From Isurus oxyrinchus (taxonomy: Eukaryota), in NCBI GenBank assembly GCA_026770705.1, contig JANJGN010000153.1, positions 620,001 to 684,000 of the forward strand: a stretch of DNA of 64,000 nt. The letters run 5' to 3'. Shown piece after piece: positions 49,791 to 62,420 of the stretch; position 1 is the first letter of the stretch, and the number at the start of each line of letters is the position of its first letter. The notes beneath the pieces are model-generated. The model saw only the letters and a program-made list of their open reading frames with translations. It was not told the origin of the DNA and searched no databases. A program made the translations under genes and the position numbers.

Positions 49791-51319
49791 CAATAGAGTT
49801 ACAGTATTCCACATAACAATAGTTTCTCAAAATATCCATCACCCAGTTAAGGTATTCTGCCAGGAAACATGCAATGTCAGAAGGGTAACCTGTCTGGAAG
49901 TGCCTTAGGAAAAGTCACTAGACTCACTGCAGTGAAAGGTAAACGAAACCATGACCCTGTGCTGCTATTGGGACGTTGAACATATCATTCTGCTCGATCA
50001 GAGAGCCATCTGGTAAAATTGGAAAGCAACATTCGAGCTGAGGGTTTGCTGTCAGGCGAGTTGGACTCGATCCCTGCTCTCAGTCAGGCCAGGACCCTTT
50101 TTCACAATAACATTGTTAGGAGAATAATGACACTAAATCAGACTATATATCACTGTTACATTCAAATACAGTCTGCCCGCTTTTGAACATCAAGTGAGCT
50201 AATCCCATATATGATGTCTTCTGGTAGCGTTTCACTGGCCTTCGATAATGACTATCACAGGCTAACCAGCTTTTAGTGACCGGGGAGGGGAGGGGGCGCT
50301 TTATTTTCGCGCTGTTGCCGTCCTCTGTGCCGCTTTCTGGTCATCCTTAATGTCCCAGTGGTGACTTTTGTGAGGATTTCTGGAGAGGGCAGCCGTGGAT
50401 TATCCCTGTAAAATCAGATTTGGAGCGGTTTCCCTCTGTCTTGATGCAGAGAATGGTGACTGTCTTTTCTTTCAAATCGACTCCAGTCTCCCGATGAGGA
50501 ATATCCAAGGGTGGTTGCCGTCCTTTTCTTAAAATCATTTCAAGCATTAAAAATAAATGGATCTTTATGTATTCTTGTGCCGTGATCGGCTGCTAATTCA
50601 TATCGATTCTTCCCTGATAAAGGAGGTACATGTTAGGGTTGAATGGAATTGGGAGCGCCCTAATTGCCAGGATATGAAAGAAATTAAAATGTGGGAGGCA
50701 GACATTCAGAAAAAGGTGGTGTCCTCCAATCCAACAGACATGAGTGATTGTGTCAACCCAGGATCTGTTCTGCAGCCTCAGCTGCCAGTTCACTAAAATG
50801 CACATAAAACCCTGATGCAGCAACATGGAACTTTATATCAAAGATTGTTGATGACGCTCAGTCAGATGGTGACTAAATTATTGAGATGTGTGTGGAAAAT
50901 TAATAAGTTGGTTTTAAGGATTAAACGGTTTGCAGATCTTTGAGAGTATAAGCAAATTCTGAGAGAGTGGGGGCCATTCACACACGCCATAATTAAAAAG
51001 TAGTTTATTCTAGGAATGGTGATCAACTAAATTAAGGGTGATGTCCCCGTGGCTAACTCAGAAAGGCAAGCGTTTTATACCTGGAAAGGAACAGTGCACA
51101 ATTAAGCCAAGATTAGCATTAGGCCAGAAGGCTGAGAAAATGTAGGCACATGCAAAACAGTTCCCAAAGAAAATTCAGTTGGAGACATTAGCGCATGCCT
51201 GGCTAGAAATGTGGCAACATACATTAAAAGAGCCTTCAAACACACATGAAACAAAAGAGGAACTAAATGTTAGTCACATTGTGGATGAGATTTGCGCATT
51301 AAGCATGGGGGACATGGAA

Positions 51320-51695
51320 ATGGCAGCTGAATGTATTTTAAACAGTAAAAGTCCCATTCACTTAGCACCAATCTGCTGAATGTATTTGAACCAGTACACA
51401 CTTATCAACACTCTGCTGAATGTATTTTAAACAGCAATAAATCTCATTCACTTATCAATGATCTGCTGATTGTATTTTCACCAGCACTAAATCTACTCAC
51501 TTATCAACACTCTGTTGAATATATTTTAACCAGCTCTAAATCCCATTCACTTATCGATACTCTGCTCAATTGATTTTAACCAGCAGTAAACCCACTCACT
51601 TGTCAAACACTCTGCTGAATATATGTTACCCAGCACGACATCCACTCAATTATCAACACCCTGTATGAATGTATTCTAACCAGCACAAAATCACA
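51320..51695. repeat. Minisatellite, ~50-bp unit, ~7-8 copies
   Basis: Unit approx. tgctgaatgtattttaaccagcactaaatcccattcacttatcaacactc. Confidence 0.88.
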
Positions 51696-52467
51696 TTCTT
51701 GGTCGGGGAATCTTATACATTCGTATATGTTAAAATTCGTGAATTAGTATACTATAGATATCCTGACTATATATGTTAACGTGCCAAGTTTATGCTGATG
51801 AATTAAAATTACTGCACAAAGATGTTAATTTATGGGGTGAGTCAGTCCATGATCAGACAGCAGTGAAAGACTGTCGTGAATAAACGGTTCTACATATTTT
51901 GCAGAGACTCAGCCAATCCGCGAGCTCTGCCCGCTGTCTGACAGGTAGCACAGTCAAGCCGGAGCTTCACCCAGGGACTCACAAACATTACCCAAAACCA
52001 CCATCTCAAAAACCACTCTATTAATTCACACACCCCATTGTTGAAAGCCACCTCATCCAATCGGAATGCTTGACCAGGTGAACAACGATTCACTCAGCCT
52101 ATCTGGTATTTCGTTGACATTCGCCTACCTCAGCCAATCAGGGAGCATCATCTCATTCCCCAAGGATTATTGAACCGTCAGCGGCCCCTGGGCGACAAAC
52201 CTGCCGATTCCTTTTGAGCATTTACAAACCAGTTCACTCGGCCCTATTTACAATAAACTCAAACCTCCATGAGGTTTATTAACTCTCTCCCTACCGAGCC
52301 ATATTGAACCTTTCCGTCTTCAACTGCTACGATCTTGCTAAGTAATTTATAATTCTCTTCCTTTGAACGATAGTGGTGAAATTATTCTGCAACCGTCCAA
52401 TTGCTTTCAAATTATTGTAAAATTTTTGTGTCCAGTAATGAAAACAATATCCTCCTTGAGGGCTTGA

Positions 52468-54205
52468 TGTTATGTATTTTAGAAATCCATTTAAACCATA
52501 TTTTACCGAATATCTAATATTTCTTGTGATATTATTTTATAGGTAGGTTAATACTGGGTTTTAGATATTTTCAGTGTGTTTGTGAGATTTAATTTACTTC
52601 CAGACAGCAATTAAATTAATAAGTCTGGAGGCCTTGAGTCAACAAAATAAGGAGGTTTTGAAATGCAAAATATGTGAACGTGGCTGAAGATTTGGAATGT
52701 GAGATGTGTAGAGTCTGCATTTTAGTTAAATCTGGGTAGTTTGAGTTTCAAAGAGGATGTTACACCTAGCCCGTGAAGACTAGCAAAGAGGTGCATTTAT
52801 TTTGTTTTTTAAAAGGTTAGCAATAACATTAGCACCATGTAATGATTTTTTGTACGGAAAAAAAGTAATGTTCGACAGATATTTGGGGAAAATGAAATTT
52901 TCAGTTAAAGGAAGAAACTTATAACAAGGATGTGGAACTTTGCAGTTAGAGGAGGCAATGTAAAATCTAACATAATGAGGAAAAGCCGCCATCGTTTGAG
53001 CATAAAGCTGCTGTCTACAGAAATCCAAGCGGTGAAAAACGCCACTTTGAATTATTCTGTCCAGGGTGATGTGTGACTAGCCGGGATGTGTTTCTTGTTT
53101 TACTGTTGCCTTAACGAGGGTGTAAATGGAAGCCAAATTAATTAGGCGTTTTAGAATTTATTATTGTGTTAATTTGTAGATGCGTTTTCTGTGTGTAATA
53201 AGGGGAGGGAAGGAGCAGGTGCAAATTCCAAGGAACAATTTATTTTTCAAAAACTAAATTGGACGGTGCTAAGGACAGAAGAGACACTCCAAATTTGAAT
53301 TGTTTTCAAAGTGATAAAGTTGGGCACAAGAAGTCAGTGTATTGGAAATCTCAGGAAAAATTCAGGGAATTAATCAGATGCAGTCAAATTTCTGGGTATT
53401 AAATTATTGTGGCTTCTGAGGTTCAGGCAGAGGAAAAAGAAGTGGGACGTTTAGTGGTAAAGAAAGGAAGAATCAATGATATGTCAAGAATGACTTGAAT
53501 GTGTTCATAACCCAAGCGTGTTCTGGGGAGCAGCTTGTGGAAATGTATAAACATTTTGTACATGATGCGGAAATCGTACACTGTGTATAGGGCAGAGCAG
53601 GAAAATATATTAGAATTTAAAGAAATACATGGGCGAGACAATCCTTAATGTTGCCAGAGAGTGATATTTGTTGCTCAGAGGATGTATTGCTAGAACAGGT
53701 GATAATAATTGGGAATCATCGAGATGCTAAGCCTAGTTCATTGTGGAAGGTACATGTTAACAGTAGGTGGAAAATAGGTGAGCTGTTTGTCTGAGGAGTG
53801 GCAAATTGCCCATTACATTGATACAGTTTGTTTTAGGTAATGTAATTCCTGGATCACAGATGTGGCTGATATCTATTGTAGTTGAGCATATGTAGAGTTA
53901 TTTTCAACCTATGTTTTGCAGAAAGAGCATCCTAGGTTCCTTCCCGATTGCATTGTAATAAGATCACAAGCTCACAGGTTGAAACATGAAGAACAGGAAT
54001 CTAAAGGTCAGGGAGAAGGTGCTGAAATTCAATTATCTAACAATGTATTTGATAACATTGTTTAGAAAGAAAGAATTGAAGATAATGAACCTGAGACGTA
54101 TAGATTAAGGTAGTTGGTAGAGTAACAGGAAAAAAGAGCCACACATAAAACAGTTGTATTAGACAACTTACCACGAAGCACAGACAGAGTGTATTGCAGA
54201 ACGCA
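52468..54205 (+). mobile_element. Gypsy (Gmr1-like) 5' remnant: LTR-like segment plus decayed gag/protease region
   Basis: 52468-53190 is the reverse complement of the LTR-like repeats at 4700 and 11200 (e.g. acacctagcc, gtctggaggc). Downstream: IQFVLGNVIPGSQM and FLPDCIVIRSQAHRLK, a protease-adjacent signature of this clade. Confidence 0.7.
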
Positions 54206-55699
54206 GTGACCATAAGGGAGATATCAATGTTAATCAGAAAGAGGCTGATGTGACTCAGAAAGCATTGTCGCAGCTAGCTGGCACACAGGCCTCAATAACT
54301 AGAATTAAATGGTCACTATGATAACAGCACAATCAACAAGGAGATCAGCCGCTGCCATTGCCATCATATAGTATGTAATGCATTGCAGAGACCATGCTTT
54401 CCGCGCAAAAGAATCACAATTGCAATTCCATTCACTGTAAGAGAGAGAGAGACGTAACATGAGGTAAACAACAAAGATGAAGATATTTTTATTTTGTTTG
54501 CAGCAAACGGTATTCAGTGCAAATTTAGTTTCTTCATGCAGTTTTCAAGTGTTTAATGCAAGCATGTTCAGCATGATTTCCAATAGCAACGTGTTTTATA
54601 TATGCATTGAACCTAGTAAAAGTGCCCAGGATGGTGAAGCGTTAATTGATTATTCATCCTTAGGGAGCAGCACCCTCAATGAATTCTGGACAGCTATTGT
54701 GCACTGAAGTATCAGCGCGTTGAGGGAAAATGTGTATTGGACTGACTGAAGGTCCAAAAAAGCCTCGGCTTGTTAAATATTAAAGGAGAAAAAGCATGTG
54801 GAAAGAACGAATTCACGTGTGAAGGTGCAATGTGGACTGTGAAATGCGGGCCCAAAATAAAGACTTAGCATAGTAGAGTTATGCTCTGGAAGATGTAGTG
54901 GTGGAAAGTGTGCCGGGTATTTAATAGATTCAGTAAGTGGTGGCAAGTTTCATTATGCAACAGGAGAGACAGCTTGAAGAAAAAACGTAGCCCTGGGCAA
55001 ATCTGGGCAGTTGGGATGGTATAGGTGGAATTGCAATCAACAGGAAATGTTATAATGGTCACTGGACTACAAAAAAGTCCCACATAGAAGAGGCTGAATT
55101 AATGTTTACTCAGGCGCCCTCATGCTGGCGTTCAATAACAATACAAAGAAGGAAGTATGTTTATGGAGACTGGTGGTGTGAAGTAGGGGTTCATGACAGA
55201 CCAGTCAGTTGTTTTAAGGCATGTTGAGTAATGTGACATTGATCGGCAGGCTGAGAATTTTCGAGGAAACGTTCAGAATGTATCTTTCGCTGATTCATTG
55301 CAGAAGGACTGAAGCAACATGTACTATGCAGGGTGGGAAGTCTGGTTTAGTCAGTGCTGATCAAGGGGCAGTTTAATCTCCAAATGAGAACAAAGCGATA
55401 TTGTCAGGCAGACTGATTATATTGGTCGGGGAATATTTATTGGCAGTTTCAGGGCAGAGTCAGTTTTGTGCATGACCACGTTTTTTTCTAGGCAGGCCAG
55501 TTTTAAAGCACATTGAATAGATATGGTAAAATGCAGGGGAATGGGAATTAGACCAAAACATGGTGAATGAGCAATTCAGAAATATTATTCGGCTGCGATT
55601 TAACTCAGAGTTTTCCAACTCAGGGCACAGGAGAGAGGTCCCTTTTTTGACCGGGTGAAGTACAAAATATTTGTTTCTGTAAGGGCAGAAAAGAATCAT

Positions 55700-57200
55700 T
55701 TTCATCTCGGAAGCTGCATCCTTGTGAAACGTTTAAAATGAAAAATTGAACACTGATTCCTGCTGGACACCAAATGTAGAAAACCCAGAGAGTAATTGAC
55801 CGTGATTTGCACATCGACTTGTGTTGGTAAAGTACTTGAAATAGCTAAGAAATGATTGGAAAAATTAGTTTGCGATTTGTTGATTACCTGATGACATAGA
55901 ACAAATCCATTTCTAAAGTAATAATTTTTAATCTAATTTTATTGTACATTTGTCGGGAACAGAATACCAGTGCATTTTAGAATTGTTTGGTAGATCCATA
56001 TTTAATTTTCTTTCAAAAAGCAGGAACTTTTTAGTGAATTCATTCAATGCTTTGTTATTATGCAGAAGTTTACAGTAATAGCATTCAATTAAAGACTGAT
56101 GATATTCACTCATCAGTATAAATGAAGCGAAATTGTTCTGATCCTTGGATGATCCTGGCTGCATCATATAAGTCATGTTGCTTATTTAAATAACCTCCGT
56201 TTGCATTTCGAGGGGTAGCATTACTCAGTGAATCTGAAGGGACAAATTTGATGCAGCCAGAAATGCAACTTCTTAATTCAAACGTTTATCAAATCATTTT
56301 GTGCATTTCAAAATTAATTACATAACACTAGACTAAATGCATATCCTTAAATTACATTGTGTGTGTAGTCCCGGTTGCAATAGCCTATCATGGATCAGGT
56401 AAGGTTTCAGAACAGCTTTCCGACTGAAATCTCCAGTGAGGCTGGAGAGGAACAGATTAGAAATGGAAAATTCACATTTTCACAATCGAGCTTTCATTGA
56501 AGTATGAAATTGTTTTAAGGTTATAGGAAATGCTGCACAGTGATGCAGAGGTGTTGCACACTGGAACTTAGGAAAACAACAATGCAATGTGGCATTGTAT
56601 GTTGATTGGATGGTGAATCAATAATTTGAATCAGATTATTTAGGCAAGTTGTTGATTAACGATTTTGACGAACTTTGAAAACATTAAGAAGAATTATTCG
56701 AATAAGGATAAAGAACGGTTTACATTTCTGGATCAGCTTGTGAGTTAATAAGCTAACTCTCATTCACAATTTTGAATAGCGATTGCAAGCATCCAATATT
56801 GATTGGCTGTGGCAGATCCCATCAGACCAATCATAACAACCTTACAGGGTCACATAATGTGCATAAACTGAGTAGGGATTTTCTGATGACCCTTAGGCTG
56901 CACTGGAAATGATGCATGTATTAGAAAATCAAAATCTATAAGAAACAACCAAAGTCCGACAGAAATGAAATTCGGCCTTCATTTGCCCTTTTACTATCCA
57001 GGTGTTAGCTGAGCAAACCCACTATTTACATCCCTACAACATGATGCATTTACACTGAGATTTAATTTGTCATTTCCATATTATCAATTCGCTTTCATGA
57101 AATATGCAAAGATGTTTAACAAAAATATCAGCACTCAAACTGTCTTGGCCATCACTGCCAATAGGGAAACTCGTTAAAAAACAATATTTTTCACAGTTAC
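55700..57200 (+). mobile_element. Possible hAT (ZNF862-like) transposase fossil
   Basis: One recognisable frameshifted motif, ILKLHCVC..RLQ*PIMD (~56340-56400; cf. IHCVAHRLELAxxD), in otherwise decayed AT-rich sequence. Confidence 0.25.
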
Positions 57201-58059
57201 ATGTTGATGCAGCCGAAGTTTGAAAAGACTAATTATATAAAATAAATCAATAAATTAACAACATATTTTCTGTTATATTTCCGAATTAAACGTTGAAATA
57301 CCCAAAAAATGAATCGGTAAATTATCAGCTGAAAGAAATATTGAACAATGTAAACAATGGTCCATTACTGTATCTATCAAATTAAGAATACAATGAAAAC
57401 AAATCCAGACGCTTTCCTGCTAAATTAAATAGAGAAATTAAAATATGTACATGCTGTGTAATTATCCATTATTTTAAACAACAACGATCTCTTCCTGACA
57501 CGTTAATAATTTGCAGTTGGGAAAATAAACTGAGACCAGGTACAGTGCACTTTGGCTCATGATCCTCTTTGGCCCATGATCCTAGACTGATCAAACAGAG
57601 AGAGATGGGGTTTTGTCCACGAGCCGAAATCCGACATCAATCCAACAGCAATGTGACCATGGCAACGGGCAGGAGGCAATGGGAGATTCAAAACTGTGTC
57701 GGCAGCCAATCGGAAGTGCAATCCTTGACCTGATGGGGACGCGTTCAATTCTGTGAATAAAAAGGCGGTAGGGGTTGGGGGTCAAGGGTGTGGAGGGGGT
57801 GTTGCAAGATGTTTGGCGCGGTTGTTTGTGGACAACATTTTCAGCCAAGCCTTTAGTGTACAAACTTGGATATTCAAGAGTGACTTGAAGGTGTATGTTC
57901 TCAGTTCGCGACCAGGGTACTGGATACTACTTAAAATAACTTAAGCATGTGAGATTAGTCTCAATCTATTCGGAACAAAGAAGTCAGCTAGGTTCATCAT
58001 TTCAATGCAGAAGGACGCATTATTCATAGATTCAGCATGATGTGGCACTTCCTCTGCTT

Positions 58060-59660
58060 GCGGTATATTGACAAGATCAGTCTTTATTCCGTTTTCTCTG
58101 TTTATTCTTGAAGGGAATGGTTTTATAGTGTTGCAGCTGAAGTGAGGCAAATCGACACACAGTGCTCGAAGAATGAGTTCCAGGTTTTTGATGCAATGTC
58201 ACTCAATTAACGGTGAATTATTCCTTGTCATTTTGGTTTGTGACTTGGAAAGGAATGTGATATTTATATTGTCGCTATGTTCTTGCCCTTCCAGGTGTTC
58301 GAGGTCAAGTGTTCGAGGATACTGGAGAAGGATATTTGCCGACATACGTAATATGTCTGGAGCGGCACCATTCCCAGATAATAACGAGGTTTCAACCTAA
58401 TGAATCTGCAAGGTAAGTCTACTTGCTTGCCAAAAACAGCGGAAGCAGCGCACAACAAAAAGTGCTAATTGGTCCCACAAACAAATAAGAAAATATCAGC
58501 CGTGAATTCCTGTCACATGCTGTCTTAAATGTTGTTGCATATTTCAAAAAACTCACTTGCAGAGGACACTCCACCCATATCCTCATCGGCAATGATTGTG
58601 GAGCTCAGCACATCAGTGCTAAAAAATTGCTAAAGAATTTGCAGCCACATTCAGGATGAAGTGAGGAGTTGATGGGTCATTCCGTCCTCATTCTGAAGAT
58701 GGCATCATCACAGGGGACAGTCTTCAGCCTATGTGATTTACATAGTATGATATGAAGAAACAACTGAAGGGGCTGGATGATGGAGAGGATATGGGTCCTG
58801 TCAGATTTCACCAATTGGATTGGAGATCAGTGTCCCTGAAAAATCCTTCCACGCCACGTTGTAATAGTACAGCTAAAATACCGGCCTTTACGCAAAAAGA
58901 CATAAGCTGTTGATTGACGCTCATTATGTGCTGTGTCTGAGCTCCAGCTCTTCGATCAGATTTGATACAGACATGGACATTGGTGCTGAACTCATGATGT
59001 GATGCGAGAGCGACTGTGCTTCATATCAATACAACATTTGTCATTTTATGGTAGCAGGGATCGGAAACGAAATTTGAGTCTATACATGTAAGGGGGTGGG
59101 GGGACTTTCTACTGATTGTAGTTTGCAGAGCACAAAGGATTTTTATTTTTGCAAGTCACCCAGCTCAGACTCTTGATATCACTGCAGGAGATGCTGAGGT
59201 CATAGTCCAGGCGCAACCACCTTAATCCACTTCATCACTGAATCTCTCTCCATCATGTGCTCAGAAGGGGTTTGGTTTTGCGGAGCGGGGGGTAGAGAGA
59301 GCATCCACTCATATTTGCGAAAACCTAAGCAAAAGTTGCGACTCAACAGATGCTGAAGAAATCTTTGCCTATGTGTAACTATCAGGACCTGGGCAACACC
59401 CAGAACTCTGCAGAAAACCGACAAGTTATATTCGCCACACACTGGCGACAGTCAATGATCATCGACAGTAAATAATTATCAAGCAAACACCCTTGTCATT
59501 TAGCCCGTCTCTCTTCTACAAGGCGCAAATCAAGAGTGTGATTGAAAAATACTACACTTGTCTGGTTGCGTTATGTCCCAATAACATTCAAGAATATTGA
59601 ATTAATCTAGGACAAAGCACTCTGCTTGATTGACAGCAGTTCCGCTACCTTAACGATTCA
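58060..59660. mobile_element. Cluster of decayed LINE fragments (58060-58400 on -, 58560-58880 and 59340-59660 on +)
   Basis: Similar to parts of the 27385-31110 LINE (gagttccaggttttt, gttcttgcccttcc, tacaaggcgcaaatcaagagtgtgattgaa, caggacaaagca-like). Confidence 0.55.
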
Positions 59661-60599
59661 AGCAGTTTATCTTTTGTAGATTAATAGTTCTTATTGCTTT
59701 CAAAGCTCATCCCAATCATAAGCCAACCTCTCAGTTAAATAACCCTATCTAAAAACGTAATTCTCAATCACATTTCGAGCCATCGCTCATTTTTTGTTGC
59801 TTTCTTAAATGCTATTGGTGCAAAACTTTTATGTTCAATGTGACGCATCTGAAACAGCCTTAAAAGTAATTGGAAATTCAATGAAATCTCATGGGATCAG
59901 GTATTACTTGGGCAAGCAAAGTCCACTGCTGATTAAGCCCTATCGGTCGTCTCAGATGATGAATGAGTGATCATCAATGGAGGAAGATTTTGGGATGGCA
60001 ATAAAAAATATACTCCACGTAGGGGGCTTCCGTGTCTATGATCAAGAGAGAATCTCTAGCACTACTAATGGCCGAGCTGGCCGCGTAATAAAGAAAGCTG
60101 CTAGACTGGGTCTTTTGCATGTGGTCAGGAAATTAACAAGATGGAAACACAAAACTGAACTCGCCCCAATAAAGTACCCACATGGATATGCTCATGGCAG
60201 TATTGATAGTATTGACCCTCACCCAGTCCCTCAGCACACAAAATCCGCCTTCACTTGGGGATTCCCTCCAACGCGTTGTGCGGCAAAAACATTCCGCTAA
60301 ATGAGGTAAATGTCAACGTGTTCAACAACTCAAAATTGGGCATTCACCAGGCGCTCTGAACAATCAGCTGCAGCAGAGTTGTGCACAAACCGGAATATGT
60401 ATTCACAAGGCTGACAGATCCCCAACACTGTATTTATCATGTGGAACATTTATGGTGATGGTTGTGATACCGATCAAGCAGCCAACTTCATTCTTCTTGT
60501 GTTGAGTTTTTGAGTTGTTGTCACTGAAATAATCCCGGCCATCTCAGTTTGTTAACCATTCTCCTAATACACGCGCCGTTGATGGTGCCCTGAATCTGA

Positions 60600-62420
60600 A
60601 TCTTAATAGATGAGATACTCTCAGTGTATTTTCTAATGTCTGACCAACTTTTCGAGGCCAACTTTTACATGGCAGCTACGGTTAAGTTTCATGTCACCCA
60701 AGGTGCCCAACAGACTGATTGTGGGGGATTGAGAAATTACAAGGCCATTGGAAAGCAATTGGAGATTTCCAACTTCGTTATGGATTTTGATTCAGCCACT
60801 GACGTGTTGAAAATGTTACTTTCTGACCGGTTTCTTCTTGAAGGCAAAAGCTGATTCAGGCTATGAGGGCGTGTGAATGTTAGTTGTACAACCGTGAACG
60901 AGAAGCCCCAATACTTCCTGAAATTACGATTGAGTTTCACTGGTGAAGCAATGGAGTATTGGAGAGCAAACAGAGTGACTGATGGGCCTCATCTCAAGCA
61001 GTGTATCATAAACACTGCCGGTCTTCTTTCCAAAATAAAAAAAAAAGTAAAATTGTCATGGTCTGTATTTGGAGACGATGGGGGTTGATTGTAAGGATAA
61101 AACGTGAGGGAGTGCGAAATGGAGAGTTCACCAGACTTACACCTTATATAATTGGGAAATAGCTGGGATTGGCCTATGTGGAGACATTGGCGAGACCGAG
61201 CCCAAGCTCTTTGGACCTTTGGTAAATAAGGAGTGATCTCACAGAAGCACAAACCTTTCTTAGAGCTTCAATGGTGTAGATGCAGGTTGGATGCTTCCCA
61301 TGTCGGGGGTGACTGAAAGCCGGAGACACAATTTCAGAACAAAAATATGATATTTAGGACTGAGGTGAGCAGAAATTTATTCACTCAGAGGGTGATGAAT
61401 GTTCAAAATTATTTCCTTTCAGCTGCGGTGGTGGTTCAACCATTGCGTATGTTGAAGGCATAAATGAGCCAATCTGTAAACATTAAATGCAACATAACTA
61501 TGAGATATTGCAAGAAAATGGCTTGAGACATGATTTCAGCCATGAGATACTTCAATAGTGGATCAAGCTCGAGCGTCCGAATGGCCAACTTCTACTCCCA
61601 TTTCTTAGGTTCCTATGTCCCTTTGTAAGCACCTGCATATGATTGCAATGTGGGCTTTCCAAAGGGACAGGAAAGTCCGAAAATTCATAATATCGATCCA
61701 CTTCAATTCTCAATGTAAATCACTTATATTTGGTAGTGTGGTTTACTGCAACAGGAAGTGGTTGGTGAGAAGTTAAATTGAGCACAAAAATGAGAATGAG
61801 ATATGTGCTCAGGTTGCATTGGTGCTTCAATATTGTACCACCTACGACTCCGTACCAATCCCCATGATGAGATAGATGTTACCGATTTATGTCCGGCGGC
61901 AGCACTTGAGAACAAAATTCTCAGCTAATGCTCCATTGCCGTAGTGAGGTAGTTATGTATTGTCTGAAGTAGCAACTTTCAGAACGTATATAAAATGGAT
62001 TCACGGGTTAACTGTAAGTGAAAAAAAAGCATGCCACCATTTTGAACAACAAGCTGTTCTTAACCGTTTGTGCCCTGACTGATAGAAATACCTCTGCTAA
62101 AACTCACAAACAAAGATCATCGGGTCATTTTCAATGTGCTGGGTGTGGAAGCTTCCAGAGCACAAACTGACTCGCACATCTGCGTTACTCCAGTGTCTAT
62201 ACTTCATGTAAATGTATTAAGGTGGTCGATAAAAGATGCTACAGAAATGAATATCTTTCAATATATACAAACAAGGAAGATAGTCGATTGTCCTCAGCAC
62301 GCAGAGCTTTATCTTTCAGCCCTGCTCTCCTTCCTGCATACTGAGCTGTAAAAAATATTGCTGCCTCAAAATGTAAGGGATTTGGCAGGGATTCCGTGCT
62401 GGCAATATTGCAAAACCGTT
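60600..62420 (+). mobile_element. Probable hAT (Buster/Charlie-like) transposase fossil split by a CR1 fragment
   Basis: FVMDFDSATDV (cf. FSLQLDESTDV), FTGEAM..W...VTDG (cf. TTGEDIF...TDGA), QCIIN..LLSK (cf. HCIIHREALVSK). After the CR1: CPQHAELYLSALLSFLHTEL (cf. dimerisation domain YPxLxxxAxxxLLPFxSTYL). Confidence 0.45.
61100..61620 (+). mobile_element. CR1 LINE 3' fragment
   Basis: aggagtgatctcacagaagcac, tttaggactgaggtgagcagaaatttattcactcagagggtg, tcagccatga, ctactcccatttctt. Confidence 0.8.
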
